A stretch of 64,000 bases of DNA from Methanotrichaceae archaeon (lineage in GTDB: Archaea > Halobacteriota > Methanosarcinia > Methanotrichales > Methanotrichaceae): the NCBI GenBank assembly GCA_963748825.1, contig CAVVKN010000025.1, positions 1 to 64,000 on the forward strand. Reading direction: 5' to 3'. The translations under genes and the position numbers were made by a program. Each line of letters begins with the position of its first letter. Position 1 is the first letter of the stretch. The notes beneath the pieces are model-generated. The model did no database searches. It saw only the letters and a program-made list of their open reading frames with translations, and was not told the DNA's origin. Below are positions 39,614 to 49,035 of the stretch, one piece after another.

Positions 39614-39730
39614 AGAATTGGCACAATTGTCTGAGAAACTATTATTTCAACCTTTTTAAATAGGTAAGCTTAATAGTATTATCTTAATTAAAGCAAAATT
39701 GATTTAGATGTTGATTGGATGAGCCCACAC

Positions 39731-40015
39731 TCATCCACCGATGGCCGCGGGAAAAAGGGCCACTTCACTCCCTTCGACCAGGAAAGTCTGCAAACCTCGC
39801 AGGTTGGAGATGTTCTTGCCCGCCACAAAAACATTTACGTCCTCCCGCAAATCCTCGCCGCTAAATAACAGTGGGCGAAGGGCAGGACGAGAGGCACAGA
39901 GTGCTTCCAATAGGTCCAATACAGTCATATCCCTTGCTTCTTCTCCCAGCTCGACCTGCATTTCCTTTCCTAGAACATGGCGAAAGCCGGCAAAAGAGAT
40001 GACTTTAACTTTCAT
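39731..40015 (-). CDS. MoaD/ThiS-family ubiquitin-like sulfur carrier
   Basis: MKVKVISFA start; C-terminal ALFPAAIGG; overlaps tfuA end. Confidence 0.88.
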   Translation of the reverse strand: MKVKVISFAGFRHVLGKEMQVELGEEARDMTVLDLLEALCASRPALRPLLFSGEDLREDVNVFVAGKNISNLRGLQTFLVEGSEVALFPAAIGG

Positions 40016-40655
40016 CTGCCATTCTCCGAACTTGCTCCAGGGCCTGCAATGCATCCTCCATCTTGAAGTCCCGCTTCTCCCTGGCCAAGAATTCGCGAAA
40101 ACGCTGCAACTCTTTTTCCGCCACCATTGCTCCTGCATCCGAAAGCATGCGCTCATAGGTCCTTTCTGGAAAGTATCGGGCCTCTGCGCAATGAAAGAGC
40201 CGATCTTTGCAGGAAGCGCTAATTACACCCATCTGCCAGGCTAAATCCAAATTGAAGCGAATGTTCACCAGCGGCTCGGACCTGGGCTCCCAGGAGAAAG
40301 GATCAAAGATGAGAGCCACTTCGTCATCCGAGACCAGATGGCCACTCTTGTAAGCCTGGTAAATTTTGCCTATGCCCTCCATGCCGTAAATGTCCAGCTC
40401 CGCGGCACGCAAGGCTCCCATGCTGGAGGCGCCCAAGACCTTTGCCCCCGTCTCCAAGGCATAGATTACCTCCTTATGAGCCACGGAGCATTCCTGAAAG
40501 AAGACGCCATCGATGAGCAGAATGATCCCTGCTCCCTCCTTGGCTGCCAGATAGATGTCTCCTCTCTTAGCGGGAGGCCGGAAGTCTGCCTCTAAAATCT
40601 GCTGCGCCCTAGCTCTGGAGAGGCTTGGCCCTAGGAAGACGACTATTCCTGGCAT
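40005..40655 (-). CDS. tfuA: TfuA-related McrA-glycine thioamidation protein
   Basis: VFLGPSL, PPAKRGD, IDGVF, GASSMGALRAAEL, SDDEVAL, SEPLVNIR. Confidence 0.92.
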   Translation of the reverse strand: MPGIVVFLGPSLSRARAQQILEADFRPPAKRGDIYLAAKEGAGIILLIDGVFFQECSVAHKEVIYALETGAKVLGASSMGALRAAELDIYGMEGIGKIYQAYKSGHLVSDDEVALIFDPFSWEPRSEPLVNIRFNLDLAWQMGVISASCKDRLFHCAEARYFPERTYERMLSDAGAMVAEKELQRFREFLAREKRDFKMEDALQALEQVRRMADES

Positions 40656-41832
40656 TTCTGCGGGCATCTTTGCACCTTTTTCCCACCCTTTCCGGATCCA
40701 CGGCCGCGATCTCAAGTCCTGGCACAATCACCCTGACCACAGGAATGCCTATCTCCTCGCGAGACAGGTCAACTACCACTACGCGATCGAGGCCAGCCTC
40801 TTCCAGCTTCTTTAGCATATATCTTATGTCCAGCAGGAAGTCATCGCTCTCAAAGGACGCAATATCAGCAAAGCTCTTCGTGTCGGTTGCTTCAAACCAG
40901 TGCTTGTTAAGCCTCTTGGTCCTGTCGTAGCCGATCTGCTTCCTAAAATCGGCAAGTACTGTATCCTCTCTCGCCCCGTGGATCTGGGTGAGGCGGCTTT
41001 GCGCCACCTCAGTGAGGGCGCGAAGCACTGCCACGCCGGCACTGGTGTGTGTGCCCATGCCCGTGGTGAGAAGGGTTGGATCGCGCAGCCGCACATCATC
41101 GGCCGCGGCCGCGCAGGTTGGAACGCCAATGTCGCTGGTGATATCTCTAAGATAGACATCCACCTCGGCTGCCGCGAATTTATCGAGGAGTCCTTTTGCC
41201 GGGTCGTCCTCCACATCACTGATTATGGGGCAGACTTTGCGCGTCGCCTCCACCAGGGCCCAGGCATCTCTTTCTATAACCTCGGCCAGGCCGTGGAATA
41301 TTGCCTCTTCAATCACATTGCCCGAGGCCAAACCACTGGTATTGGTGCGAAAGAGGCGTTTATAATCGGATGGCAGGGGATGAAAAACCGCATTTGCCGG
41401 AATTAAAATCTCCTCATCGTTCATTATGTCCCAGCCTGTAGTCCAGGGTATCATAGCATCCGGCTCCGCACCCGCGGGCAAGATCAACTCGCTTGGGTCC
41501 AGCGCCCCGTCTAAATGGGAGAAGCAGTCGATTTTGAGCTCTCTGTCTCGCACCTCAGCCGAGTAGCGCTCCAGGCCCTCCATCATGGCCGATACTTTGG
41601 CCTCGGTGGGTGTAGCTCCTTTTCCGTTGTAGACGGAAATGGCACCTCGATCGGCCATGGGCCGGATGGAAGAGAAGACGGGGATACCGATTCGGTCCAG
41701 GTTGGTTATGTCCGCCACTCTGGTGATCCCAGCGGCGGGCAATTTGGCCTCGGCGCGCTTTAGCGTCTCCTCTGGTGGCAGAGCCCGGTGGGTATCGTCT
41801 TTGTATTTTTTTATGCAGGACGCTAGTCTCAT
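40609..41832 (-). CDS. ycaO: YcaO-related McrA-glycine thioamidation protein (methanogenesis marker 1)
   Basis: GITRVADITNLDRIGIP, MEGLERYSAE, GLASGN, EVIERDA, TEVAQSR. Confidence 0.93.
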   Translation of the reverse strand: MRLASCIKKYKDDTHRALPPEETLKRAEAKLPAAGITRVADITNLDRIGIPVFSSIRPMADRGAISVYNGKGATPTEAKVSAMMEGLERYSAEVRDRELKIDCFSHLDGALDPSELILPAGAEPDAMIPWTTGWDIMNDEEILIPANAVFHPLPSDYKRLFRTNTSGLASGNVIEEAIFHGLAEVIERDAWALVEATRKVCPIISDVEDDPAKGLLDKFAAAEVDVYLRDITSDIGVPTCAAAADDVRLRDPTLLTTGMGTHTSAGVAVLRALTEVAQSRLTQIHGAREDTVLADFRKQIGYDRTKRLNKHWFEATDTKSFADIASFESDDFLLDIRYMLKKLEEAGLDRVVVVDLSREEIGIPVVRVIVPGLEIAAVDPERVGKRCKDARRNARNSRLPRAKPLQS

Positions 41833-41871
41833 TGCCTGGGCTAAGGGCAGCGATGGAATATAAACTCTGCT

Positions 41872-42288
41872 TCAAAGGAAGGGCAATTTGTCCTTCTTTC
41901 GGTAAGCCAGGGCCTGGCAGGTCGCGATCAATCGCCCGTCTTCGCCGGTTACAGAAATCTGGCAGGCTGAGATCTTTCGAGAGCGATTGACCTCGCGCCC
42001 TTCGGCCTGCAACATCTCTCCGACAAGAGGTGCGCTGAGGTAATTCATATTCACGCCCAAGGCCACAGCTACGGTGCCGTGCGAGTTGACGGTCAGCTCG
42101 AAGGCGGCATCCACCAGCGAATAGATGGCGCCGCCATGGGTCATGCCAAAGAGGTTGTTCATATTCTCAGTAGTACTCATCTTGAGAAGAGCGCGGCCCG
42201 CCTCAAGTTCTACAATCCTGATGCCGAAAATCTTGGCATAAGGCTCCTCTTCAAAGTTCTTCTCTAAAGCTGCCAGACATTGGTCCAA
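41872..42288 (-). CDS. PaaI-family hotdog-fold thioesterase
   Basis: NLFGMTHGGAIYSLVD. Confidence 0.9.
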   Translation of the reverse strand: MDQCLAALEKNFEEEPYAKIFGIRIVELEAGRALLKMSTTENMNNLFGMTHGGAIYSLVDAAFELTVNSHGTVAVALGVNMNYLSAPLVGEMLQAEGREVNRSRKISACQISVTGEDGRLIATCQALAYRKKDKLPFL

Positions 42289-42355
42289 AGCATCATTCCT
42301 CTCCTGGGATTATTCACGAAACGGTTATATCTGCTCCGCTCGATCTAGTAGCTAC

Positions 42356-42859
42356 ATGCCCAGCTCCTCAGGCAATAGGCCGGAGCCGGTCTCTATTGAG
42401 GTGAGCGGCTCTGCGGTATCCATTGTTCTCACCCAGGGCACCATCAATATCTGGTTCGGAAGAAAATTAGATAAGTCACTCATCGCCAAGATTCTCTTGA
42501 TTATCTCCAAGGTCGATGGAACCGCGGAGCATGAGAAGGAGGTCTTATGCCCTTTCGAGGAGATCAGCGAGTTTGAGAACAATGGCTACATCCTCACCTC
42601 CTACGCCCGCAAGAAAGAGAAGTACAGGGCCATATTTGTGGTTCCGTTCTCCAATACCCGGGCGCTGGAGATGTTTATGGAGTCTATCTCCCAGGAGACG
42701 GAGAAAGAGGACGTTAAGATCACCCTCTACTGGAGGGGTGGCAGAATCAGAATGAATCTTATGAAAGAGGAGCTGTCCAGGCTCAATTGCTTTGGCAAAC
42801 AAAATGCAGTTTATAAGGATGAGCCGGTGGGAGCTGTTGGCAGGAGGGAGGAGCCATGA
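42356..42859 (+). CDS. Hypothetical protein
   Basis: 167 aa ORF coupled (ATGA) to aminotransferase. Confidence 0.7.
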   Translation: MPSSSGNRPEPVSIEVSGSAVSIVLTQGTINIWFGRKLDKSLIAKILLIISKVDGTAEHEKEVLCPFEEISEFENNGYILTSYARKKEKYRAIFVVPFSNTRALEMFMESISQETEKEDVKITLYWRGGRIRMNLMKEELSRLNCFGKQNAVYKDEPVGAVGRREEP

Positions 42860-43959
42860 AATTTGCAAGCTGCACGGAAAAGATTGAGATATCAAGCATA
42901 AGGAAATGTTTTGAGGGAGCGGCCCTCGGGTCCGTGAATTTGGGACTGGGCCAACCCGACTTCGACACGCCGGAGCATATCAAGAAGGCGGCCATTGTGG
43001 CTATTGAAAAGGGGTTGTGCGGCTACACTCCCAACTGCGGAGTGCCGGCCCTTCGCAGTGCCCTCGCGGATAAGTTTTGCTCTGAGAACCGGATCGAGTG
43101 CACGCCGGAGGAGATCATGGTGACCAGCGGGGCCAGCGAGGCTCTCTTCCTGGTTATAGCCGCGCTGGTAGACCGGGGCGAGGAGGTCCTGATAGGCGAT
43201 CCTAGCTTCCTGTCCTATGCCGAACTGACCAAGCTGGTAGGCGGCAGGCCTGTGAGCGTCCCTCTCGATGATAGCCTGAGGCTTGCTCCGGAGGCCATAG
43301 AGGAGAGGATAACAGACAAGACCCGGCTGATAATAGTCAATTCGCCCGCCAATCCCACGGGATCGGTGGCAACGCCTCAGCAGATGCGCGCCATCGCCGA
43401 AATTGCTGAAGACAGAGGCATCGCTGTGCTCTCCGATGAGGTCTATGAACATTTCATCTACAAAGGAGAACATGTCAGCCCAGGCCAGTTCTCGGACAAC
43501 GTTATCACCGTTAATGCCGTCTCCAAGACCTATGCCATGACCGGCTGGAGGCTGGGCTATCTGGTGGCTAAAGGCGGCGCACTGGAGCAACTGCTCAAGA
43601 TTCACCAGTATGTTCAGGCCTGCGCCAGTTCCATCTCTCAGGCCGCTGCCCTGGAGGCCATCACCGGGCCGCAGGACTGCGTGGCCTGGATGAGGGACGA
43701 ATTCAAAGCTCGCCGGGATCTGCTGGTAAATGGCTTCCGGGAGATGGGCGTGGATATCATTGAGCCGGAGGGCGCATTCTATCTCTTTCCCCGGGTGGGA
43801 GACGGAGACGCTGTCGCTGCCCGCTTAGGCAAAGCAGGAGTCATTGTCGTTCCCGGATCGGCCTTTGGGCCGGGCGGAAAAGAGCACATCAGAATCTCTT
43901 ATGCTGCGGCGCGCTCTCAGCTTGAGGAAGCAATGCGGCGCATGAAAGACATCCTTTAA
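42856..43959 (+). CDS. PLP-dependent class I/II aminotransferase
   Basis: GQPDF, NSPANPTG, SDEVY, SKTYAMTGWRLG. Confidence 0.93.
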   Translation: MKFASCTEKIEISSIRKCFEGAALGSVNLGLGQPDFDTPEHIKKAAIVAIEKGLCGYTPNCGVPALRSALADKFCSENRIECTPEEIMVTSGASEALFLVIAALVDRGEEVLIGDPSFLSYAELTKLVGGRPVSVPLDDSLRLAPEAIEERITDKTRLIIVNSPANPTGSVATPQQMRAIAEIAEDRGIAVLSDEVYEHFIYKGEHVSPGQFSDNVITVNAVSKTYAMTGWRLGYLVAKGGALEQLLKIHQYVQACASSISQAAALEAITGPQDCVAWMRDEFKARRDLLVNGFREMGVDIIEPEGAFYLFPRVGDGDAVAARLGKAGVIVVPGSAFGPGGKEHIRISYAAARSQLEEAMRRMKDIL

Positions 43960-43994
43960 ATAGGAGAGTTGCATTCGTCGCTAGGAGTGATGAA

Positions 43995-44381
43995 ATGAAG
44001 GAGCAGGTTGAGGTCAGAGAGCTGAAAGAAGGAAGATACGTTATCATCGACGAAGAGCCCTGCATAATCAGAAGCATATCCCATTCCAAGCCCGGGAAAC
44101 ACGGCAGTGCCAAGGCCAGGGTGGACGCAATAGGCATCTTCGACAACCAGAAGAAATCCATCGTTCAGCCGGTTACCACCAAGATTTATGTGCCCAACGT
44201 GGAGCGCAAAACGGGCCAGGTTCTATCGATCGGCGACACCTCGGTGCAGCTCATGGACCTGGGGAGCTACGCCACAGTCGACGTTCCCATAACAGCGGAT
44301 CAGAAGGATAAGATCGAGGAAGGAAAAGAGGTCCCCTATCTCTTCGTCATGGGCAGGAGCAAGCTGGACCTGCGACAATAA
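43995..44381 (+). CDS. eif5a: Translation initiation factor 5A
   Basis: SKPGKHGSAK hypusination motif. Confidence 0.97.
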   Translation: MKEQVEVRELKEGRYVIIDEEPCIIRSISHSKPGKHGSAKARVDAIGIFDNQKKSIVQPVTTKIYVPNVERKTGQVLSIGDTSVQLMDLGSYATVDVPITADQKDKIEEGKEVPYLFVMGRSKLDLRQ

Positions 44382-44402
44382 ACCTTTTTTTAAATCCATA
44401 AC

Positions 44403-45290
44403 ATGTTCCAAAGGTGCGGCTTTGCCGACGCCGACGCAAAATTGCAGGATGCAGACTATGTAATAGTAGGACTGCCCTTCGACTGCACCGCGTCTTTTCG
44501 CTCCGGTTCGCGAGAGGGGCCAGATGCCATCCGTCTTGCCTCTTTTAACTTCGAGAGCTATAACCACTATTACGATGTGGATCTGGCAGAGCTAGCCATC
44601 TGCGATCTGGGCAATATGGAGCTGGGCGCAGACCCCTGCTACGCAGACGCGACCATAAAAGATGGCATCGCCCTTTTGCCCAAAAGTGCTATTCCCATCT
44701 TTTTAGGTGGAGAGCATTCCATTACGCCACCCATTGTGGAGAGCCTCGCTCGGCGGAGCCCTCAAGGCGCGCTTGGCGTGTTGGTACTGGATGCGCACCT
44801 GGACCTGCGCGAGGAGTACGGTTGCACCAGGTACAGCCACGCCTGCGCCAGCCGGAGAATCCTGGAGAAGAAGGGCATCAGCGCCTACGCCTCCATCGGC
44901 ATTCGCAGCGGCTGTAAAGAGGAGTTTTCCTTCGCGAAGGAGAACGGTATTTCGTACATTACTGCCCTTGATGTGAAAGAGAAGGGCATCGATTATGTGC
45001 TGGACCTGGCTTTAGAGAGCTTGAATTGCGAGCGGCTCTACCTGTCCATCGATCTGGATGCCCTCGATCCCGCATTTGCGCCGGCAGTGGGCAACCCGGA
45101 GCCCTTTGGCCTCACCTCTTGGGACGTGAAGAGAGTAATTGAGCGGACGGCCCCGCGGGCAGTGGGATTGGACATAAACGAGTTGACCCCTGCCTATGAT
45201 CGCGGCGAGACGGCGCTCCTGGCGGCAAGGCTGGCGCGGGAGTTTATAGCGGCAAAAGCAAAACATCAAAAGCCAATCGATAAAGATTAG
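44403..45290 (+). CDS. speB: Agmatinase
   Basis: GGEHS, DAHLD, SIDLDALDPAFAP; next to aIF5A. Confidence 0.92.
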   Translation: MFQRCGFADADAKLQDADYVIVGLPFDCTASFRSGSREGPDAIRLASFNFESYNHYYDVDLAELAICDLGNMELGADPCYADATIKDGIALLPKSAIPIFLGGEHSITPPIVESLARRSPQGALGVLVLDAHLDLREEYGCTRYSHACASRRILEKKGISAYASIGIRSGCKEEFSFAKENGISYITALDVKEKGIDYVLDLALESLNCERLYLSIDLDALDPAFAPAVGNPEPFGLTSWDVKRVIERTAPRAVGLDINELTPAYDRGETALLAARLAREFIAAKAKHQKPIDKD

Positions 45291-45364
45291 TTGCCAATAC
45301 GATTTTCTAGAATTAAAATGATCTGACGATAATAAATTTAACCGATTGAAAAAGGAGGCGCAAG

Positions 45365-45784
45365 ATGTCAGGAAAATTGATGGAGTATTTCAACAAGCAG
45401 CCGAGGCAGGGCGTCATAAGCACATCGAGCAAGGATGGGCGGGTGGATTGTGCCGTTTACGGCTCTCCGCAGATGATCGACGAAAAGACAGTCATAGTGG
45501 CATTTGCCAGGGGCCGCACCTTTGCCAATCTGGAGGAAAATCCCAATGCCGTGTTCATGATAATGGAGCCGGGAGCGGGAATCCTTGATTGGAAAGGAAT
45601 CCGGGTTTATCTGAAGATGTTGGAATTCGCCACCTCGGGGCCCAAGCTGGAGAACTACAAGAGCCAGATGGCCAAGATTGTGGGCGAGCAGGCAGCGGGG
45701 ATGATTGCCGTGCTGGCTACCTTCGAGGTAACGGAAGTCCGGCCTCTGATCGACTTTGGGCAGGGCTGGGAGAAGGCGATCTGA
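45365..45784 (+). CDS. Pyridoxamine 5'-phosphate oxidase-like (FMN-binding split barrel) protein
   Basis: STSSKDGRV, RTFANLEENP, GIRVYL. Confidence 0.8.
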   Translation: MSGKLMEYFNKQPRQGVISTSSKDGRVDCAVYGSPQMIDEKTVIVAFARGRTFANLEENPNAVFMIMEPGAGILDWKGIRVYLKMLEFATSGPKLENYKSQMAKIVGEQAAGMIAVLATFEVTEVRPLIDFGQGWEKAI

Positions 45785-46014
45785 AAACTGGTGCAGCCTA
45801 CGCCAAGCCGGATATTGAGGCCTGCCGGAAGATTCTTGGATCGACTTCGACAGTTGGCTAAACCAATATCGTCATATAGTAATACACGAATGGCGAAATA
45901 GGGTTCTGAGACTGTATGCGATAGACTCGCAAAAGAGTGTTCCTGGTTCTCCCAAGTCAAGGGGTTTGCCTGGGAGCGCAGGGCGCTTACAAGTCGGATC
46001 CGGGACAGATCGAG

Positions 46015-46698
46015 ATGATATACTACAAGTTGCTGCTCAGCATAACATTTATTGCCTTTTTCCTGGCACAAGCAGATGCCCAGCCAAGTGACCCGCTCAA
46101 TCCCAGCCAACTGGGTGAATCCATGTCCATGCCCTTGCCCCAAGAACTCATTCAAGAGGCCAAGATGGCAGGAGTGATAACAAAGTCCAATCCGCTTTAT
46201 GAATCCGATGGCAAAAAGCCAGGTTTCTCAGTCGTGCCTCTGCGTGAAGCAGATGCTGATAATTCTCGGGATGATGTGAATGTAACCGGTGCCTGGTCCT
46301 TTGATCTTATGGGCAAAACCCCTGAGAAAATGAAACTGTATCTGATCCAGAACAAAGATGTGGTTGCGGGTCAGGGAGTCATAAATAGAGGAAATGAAAC
46401 TGAAAAGGCCACAGCCAGCGGCTCAATATCAGGAGAGAATATGATCTTAAACGTAATGCCGGAGGGAGTGTCAAACCTGTACAAGCTCAATCTGTCATTA
46501 TCCTCACTGGCAGCAGGGACATATACAGCCTACATGGCCGATGGCAGCAGCCGGTCCGGCAAAGTCACATTCGCAGTCTTCGCGAATATTTTCAAGTCTG
46601 CAACGGTCGCTGAAGATGATCCTGGTGCAGATGCGAACCCGGCAGCAGCGACGCCCGCCTGGCTTTCGGGGACCGAAGGGGCCAAGCAAGAGCATTAG
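46015..46698 (+). CDS. Secreted hypothetical protein, paralog of 16549/17232 family
   Basis: Signal peptide from MIYYK; GAWSF...LYLIQ...GQG...ATASGSI. Confidence 0.65.
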   Translation: MIYYKLLLSITFIAFFLAQADAQPSDPLNPSQLGESMSMPLPQELIQEAKMAGVITKSNPLYESDGKKPGFSVVPLREADADNSRDDVNVTGAWSFDLMGKTPEKMKLYLIQNKDVVAGQGVINRGNETEKATASGSISGENMILNVMPEGVSNLYKLNLSLSSLAAGTYTAYMADGSSRSGKVTFAVFANIFKSATVAEDDPGADANPAAATPAWLSGTEGAKQEH

Positions 46699-46811
46699 CT
46701 CTGCCATATCCACCAGCATGCCATCCGGAGGCAGGTCGATGAGCGAAGAATTATCCAGCTCTGCATTTCCAGCTCGGTTGTGTGAATACACGGCGGCCTT
46801 CGCCAGGATCT

Positions 46812-47095
46812 CATTTGACAGTGGCCGCACCTTTGCCAACCTGGTGGAAAATCCCAATGCAGTGTTCATGATAATGGAGCCGTGAGCGGGAATCCTTGAT
46901 TGGAAAGGAATCCGGGTTTATCTGAAGATGTTGGAGTTCGCCACCTCGGGGCCCAAGCTGGATGCCTACAAGAGCCAGATGGCCAAGATTATGGGCGAGC
47001 AGGCGGCAGGGATGATTGCCGTGCTAGCCACCTTCGAGGTAACGGAAGTCCGGCCGCTGATAGACTTTGGGCAGGACTGGAAGAAAGCGATCTGA
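46812..47095 (+). pseudogene. Direct duplicate of 3' two-thirds of the PNPOx-like gene (45501-45784)
   Basis: Colinear high-identity copy at constant offset 1311; GGA changed to TGA at ~46882. Confidence 0.92.
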
Positions 47096-47190
47096 AAAGT
47101 GAAGAGATGGATCGAGCGGGCGGCGCTCAGGCTGTGGGCCCGGTCTATTAACGAGCTGACTTGATCCATCTATCGGCGAGAGATGGCTTT

Positions 47191-47385
47191 ATGACGACAA
47201 TCAGGGTCATTGAATATCGCGATGTAGACTATGAAACTGCAAAAAAAGAAGTTGCAGGCTATTTCAAAATGAAGGACGAAGCTTATGCCTCAGATGCCAG
47301 CCTGGCCCTTGAGCTTGATTATGAGCTGGTATGCAAGATCATGGACGATCTGGAGAAGGAAGGCCAAATGGAGGCGGCACTGTGA
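47191..47385 (+). CDS. Small HTH-like hypothetical protein
   Basis: MTTIRVIE...AYASDAS..LELDYELV..IMDDLEKEG. Confidence 0.6.
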   Translation: MTTIRVIEYRDVDYETAKKEVAGYFKMKDEAYASDASLALELDYELVCKIMDDLEKEGQMEAAL

Positions 47386-47561
47386 AGGGGTTTGAGGTCG
47401 GCGACTCCCTACACGGTCACAGAATTATAGCCGAAGCCAGAAAAGTTAGCGATCCTGTAGTAATTGTCAAGAGCGGCAGGCACAAAGCGCAGAGGATAGT
47501 CCTGACAGAAAATGCCCTGGCGATAATTGATAGAAAAGGCCGATGGTGCGGCCAACCTTAA
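47382..47561 (+). CDS. Small hypothetical protein (GTG start coupled to upstream stop)
   Basis: GTGA overlap with GGAGG upstream; 59 aa. Confidence 0.4.
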   Translation: MKGFEVGDSLHGHRIIAEARKVSDPVVIVKSGRHKAQRIVLTENALAIIDRKGRWCGQP

Positions 47562-47585
47562 CAGAAATGGTTTAATTCTCTTTAG

Positions 47586-49025
47586 CTATCTCACCGCCCG
47601 CAGCTCCTCCAGCGCCCGATCGACCCGCTCCCTTCTTTCCGCCAGCCGCTCTTCTCCCGCTGCAATCCGTCCCAGCCTATCCTTGATCATGCGCACCGTC
47701 TCTGCTGGCGCTGGCCCGCCCGTATTGGCCCGCAGGGCAACATTGCTTTTCGGGTCAAGTGCCCTTTCCAGATCTTCTACAGAAAAGCCGCGCTCGCTGG
47801 CTCGATAGCCCGCTATCTCCAGGGAGATCTCGTCCAGCTCGGCCAGGCCCGGCCTCCTGCCCGAGGCGGCAATCCGGCCCACAATGCTGTGCGCCGTGCG
47901 AAAGGGCATGCCCGTGATGCGCACTAACGAGTCGGCGATCTCGGTCGCCGTGGAAAAGCCGGCGCCCGAACTTTTCTCCAATCGTTCCAGGTTGAATTTA
48001 AGAGAAGATACGCAGCCGTCCAGGATGCGCACCGTGCTTCTCGCCCAGTCCATTCCCCGCCACAGGTGAGGTGTGACCTCCTGCAGATCGCGATTGTAGC
48101 TTAGCGGCAGGCTCTTGCAAATTGAGAGCCCAGCCATGAGGCTTCCCAAGACCGAAGCCGTTTTGCCCCGGGCCAGCTCTGCCGTGTCCGGGTTCTTCTT
48201 CTGGGGCATGATGGAGCTGGTGGAGGCATAGAGGTTGTCCAGTTCCAGGTATCCGAACTCGGAGGTGGACCACAGCACCAGCTCCTCGGCCAGACGGCTG
48301 AGATTGACCATCAAAATAGAGAGGTCGGCCAAGACCTCCAGAACGAAATCACGAGTGGAAACTGCATCCATGCTGTTTTCCACCAGGCCGTCAAAGCCCA
48401 GCAGCCGGCTGGTTCTATTCCGGTCGATCTTAAAGCCAGTGGAGGCAAAGGCCGCCGCGCCCAGAGGGCTCTGGTTTACCCGCGAGTAGGCGTCCTCCAG
48501 TCGCGCCTGGTCCCGCCCGGCAGCATCGGCGTGGGCCAGTAGATGATGGGCCAGAGTGGTGGGCTGAGCGTGCTGGGTGTGAGTAAATCCAGGGATGATT
48601 GTCTCGGTGTGCTTCTCCGCCAGCCGGACAAGTGTTGTAATCAAGGAGAGCTGCTCTGCCATCAGATCCAGCATCTCGTCCCGCAAGGCCAGGCGAATGC
48701 AGGTGGCCACTTCATCGTTCCTGGAGCGGCCGGTGTGCATCCTGCCCCCTTCCGGGCCGACCTCTCCCAGGATGTGCGCCTCAATGGCCTCATGCACATC
48801 CTCACCTGCGCCCAACGACTGCGAGCCCGCTTGCATTAGATCGTCGAGAGCAGCCATGATCTTCGAGCAGACCTCGCTTGAGATCAGGCCCTGCTCCTTG
48901 AGCATAACCAGATGGGCTTTATCCACCAGCAGATCGGCTTCGAAGATGCGCTCATCTGCCTTTCGGCTGGAAAGGTAGTCCAAGACATCCTGCCGGCTCT
49001 CCCCCAGACGTTGATCGCGAAACAT
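47586..49025 (-). CDS. argH: Argininosuccinate lyase
   Basis: HTGRSRND, SSIMPQKKNPD, YNRDLQE. Confidence 0.97.
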   Translation of the reverse strand: MFRDQRLGESRQDVLDYLSSRKADERIFEADLLVDKAHLVMLKEQGLISSEVCSKIMAALDDLMQAGSQSLGAGEDVHEAIEAHILGEVGPEGGRMHTGRSRNDEVATCIRLALRDEMLDLMAEQLSLITTLVRLAEKHTETIIPGFTHTQHAQPTTLAHHLLAHADAAGRDQARLEDAYSRVNQSPLGAAAFASTGFKIDRNRTSRLLGFDGLVENSMDAVSTRDFVLEVLADLSILMVNLSRLAEELVLWSTSEFGYLELDNLYASTSSIMPQKKNPDTAELARGKTASVLGSLMAGLSICKSLPLSYNRDLQEVTPHLWRGMDWARSTVRILDGCVSSLKFNLERLEKSSGAGFSTATEIADSLVRITGMPFRTAHSIVGRIAASGRRPGLAELDEISLEIAGYRASERGFSVEDLERALDPKSNVALRANTGGPAPAETVRMIKDRLGRIAAGEERLAERRERVDRALEELRAVR

Positions 49026-49035
49026 ATCAGCTCAT

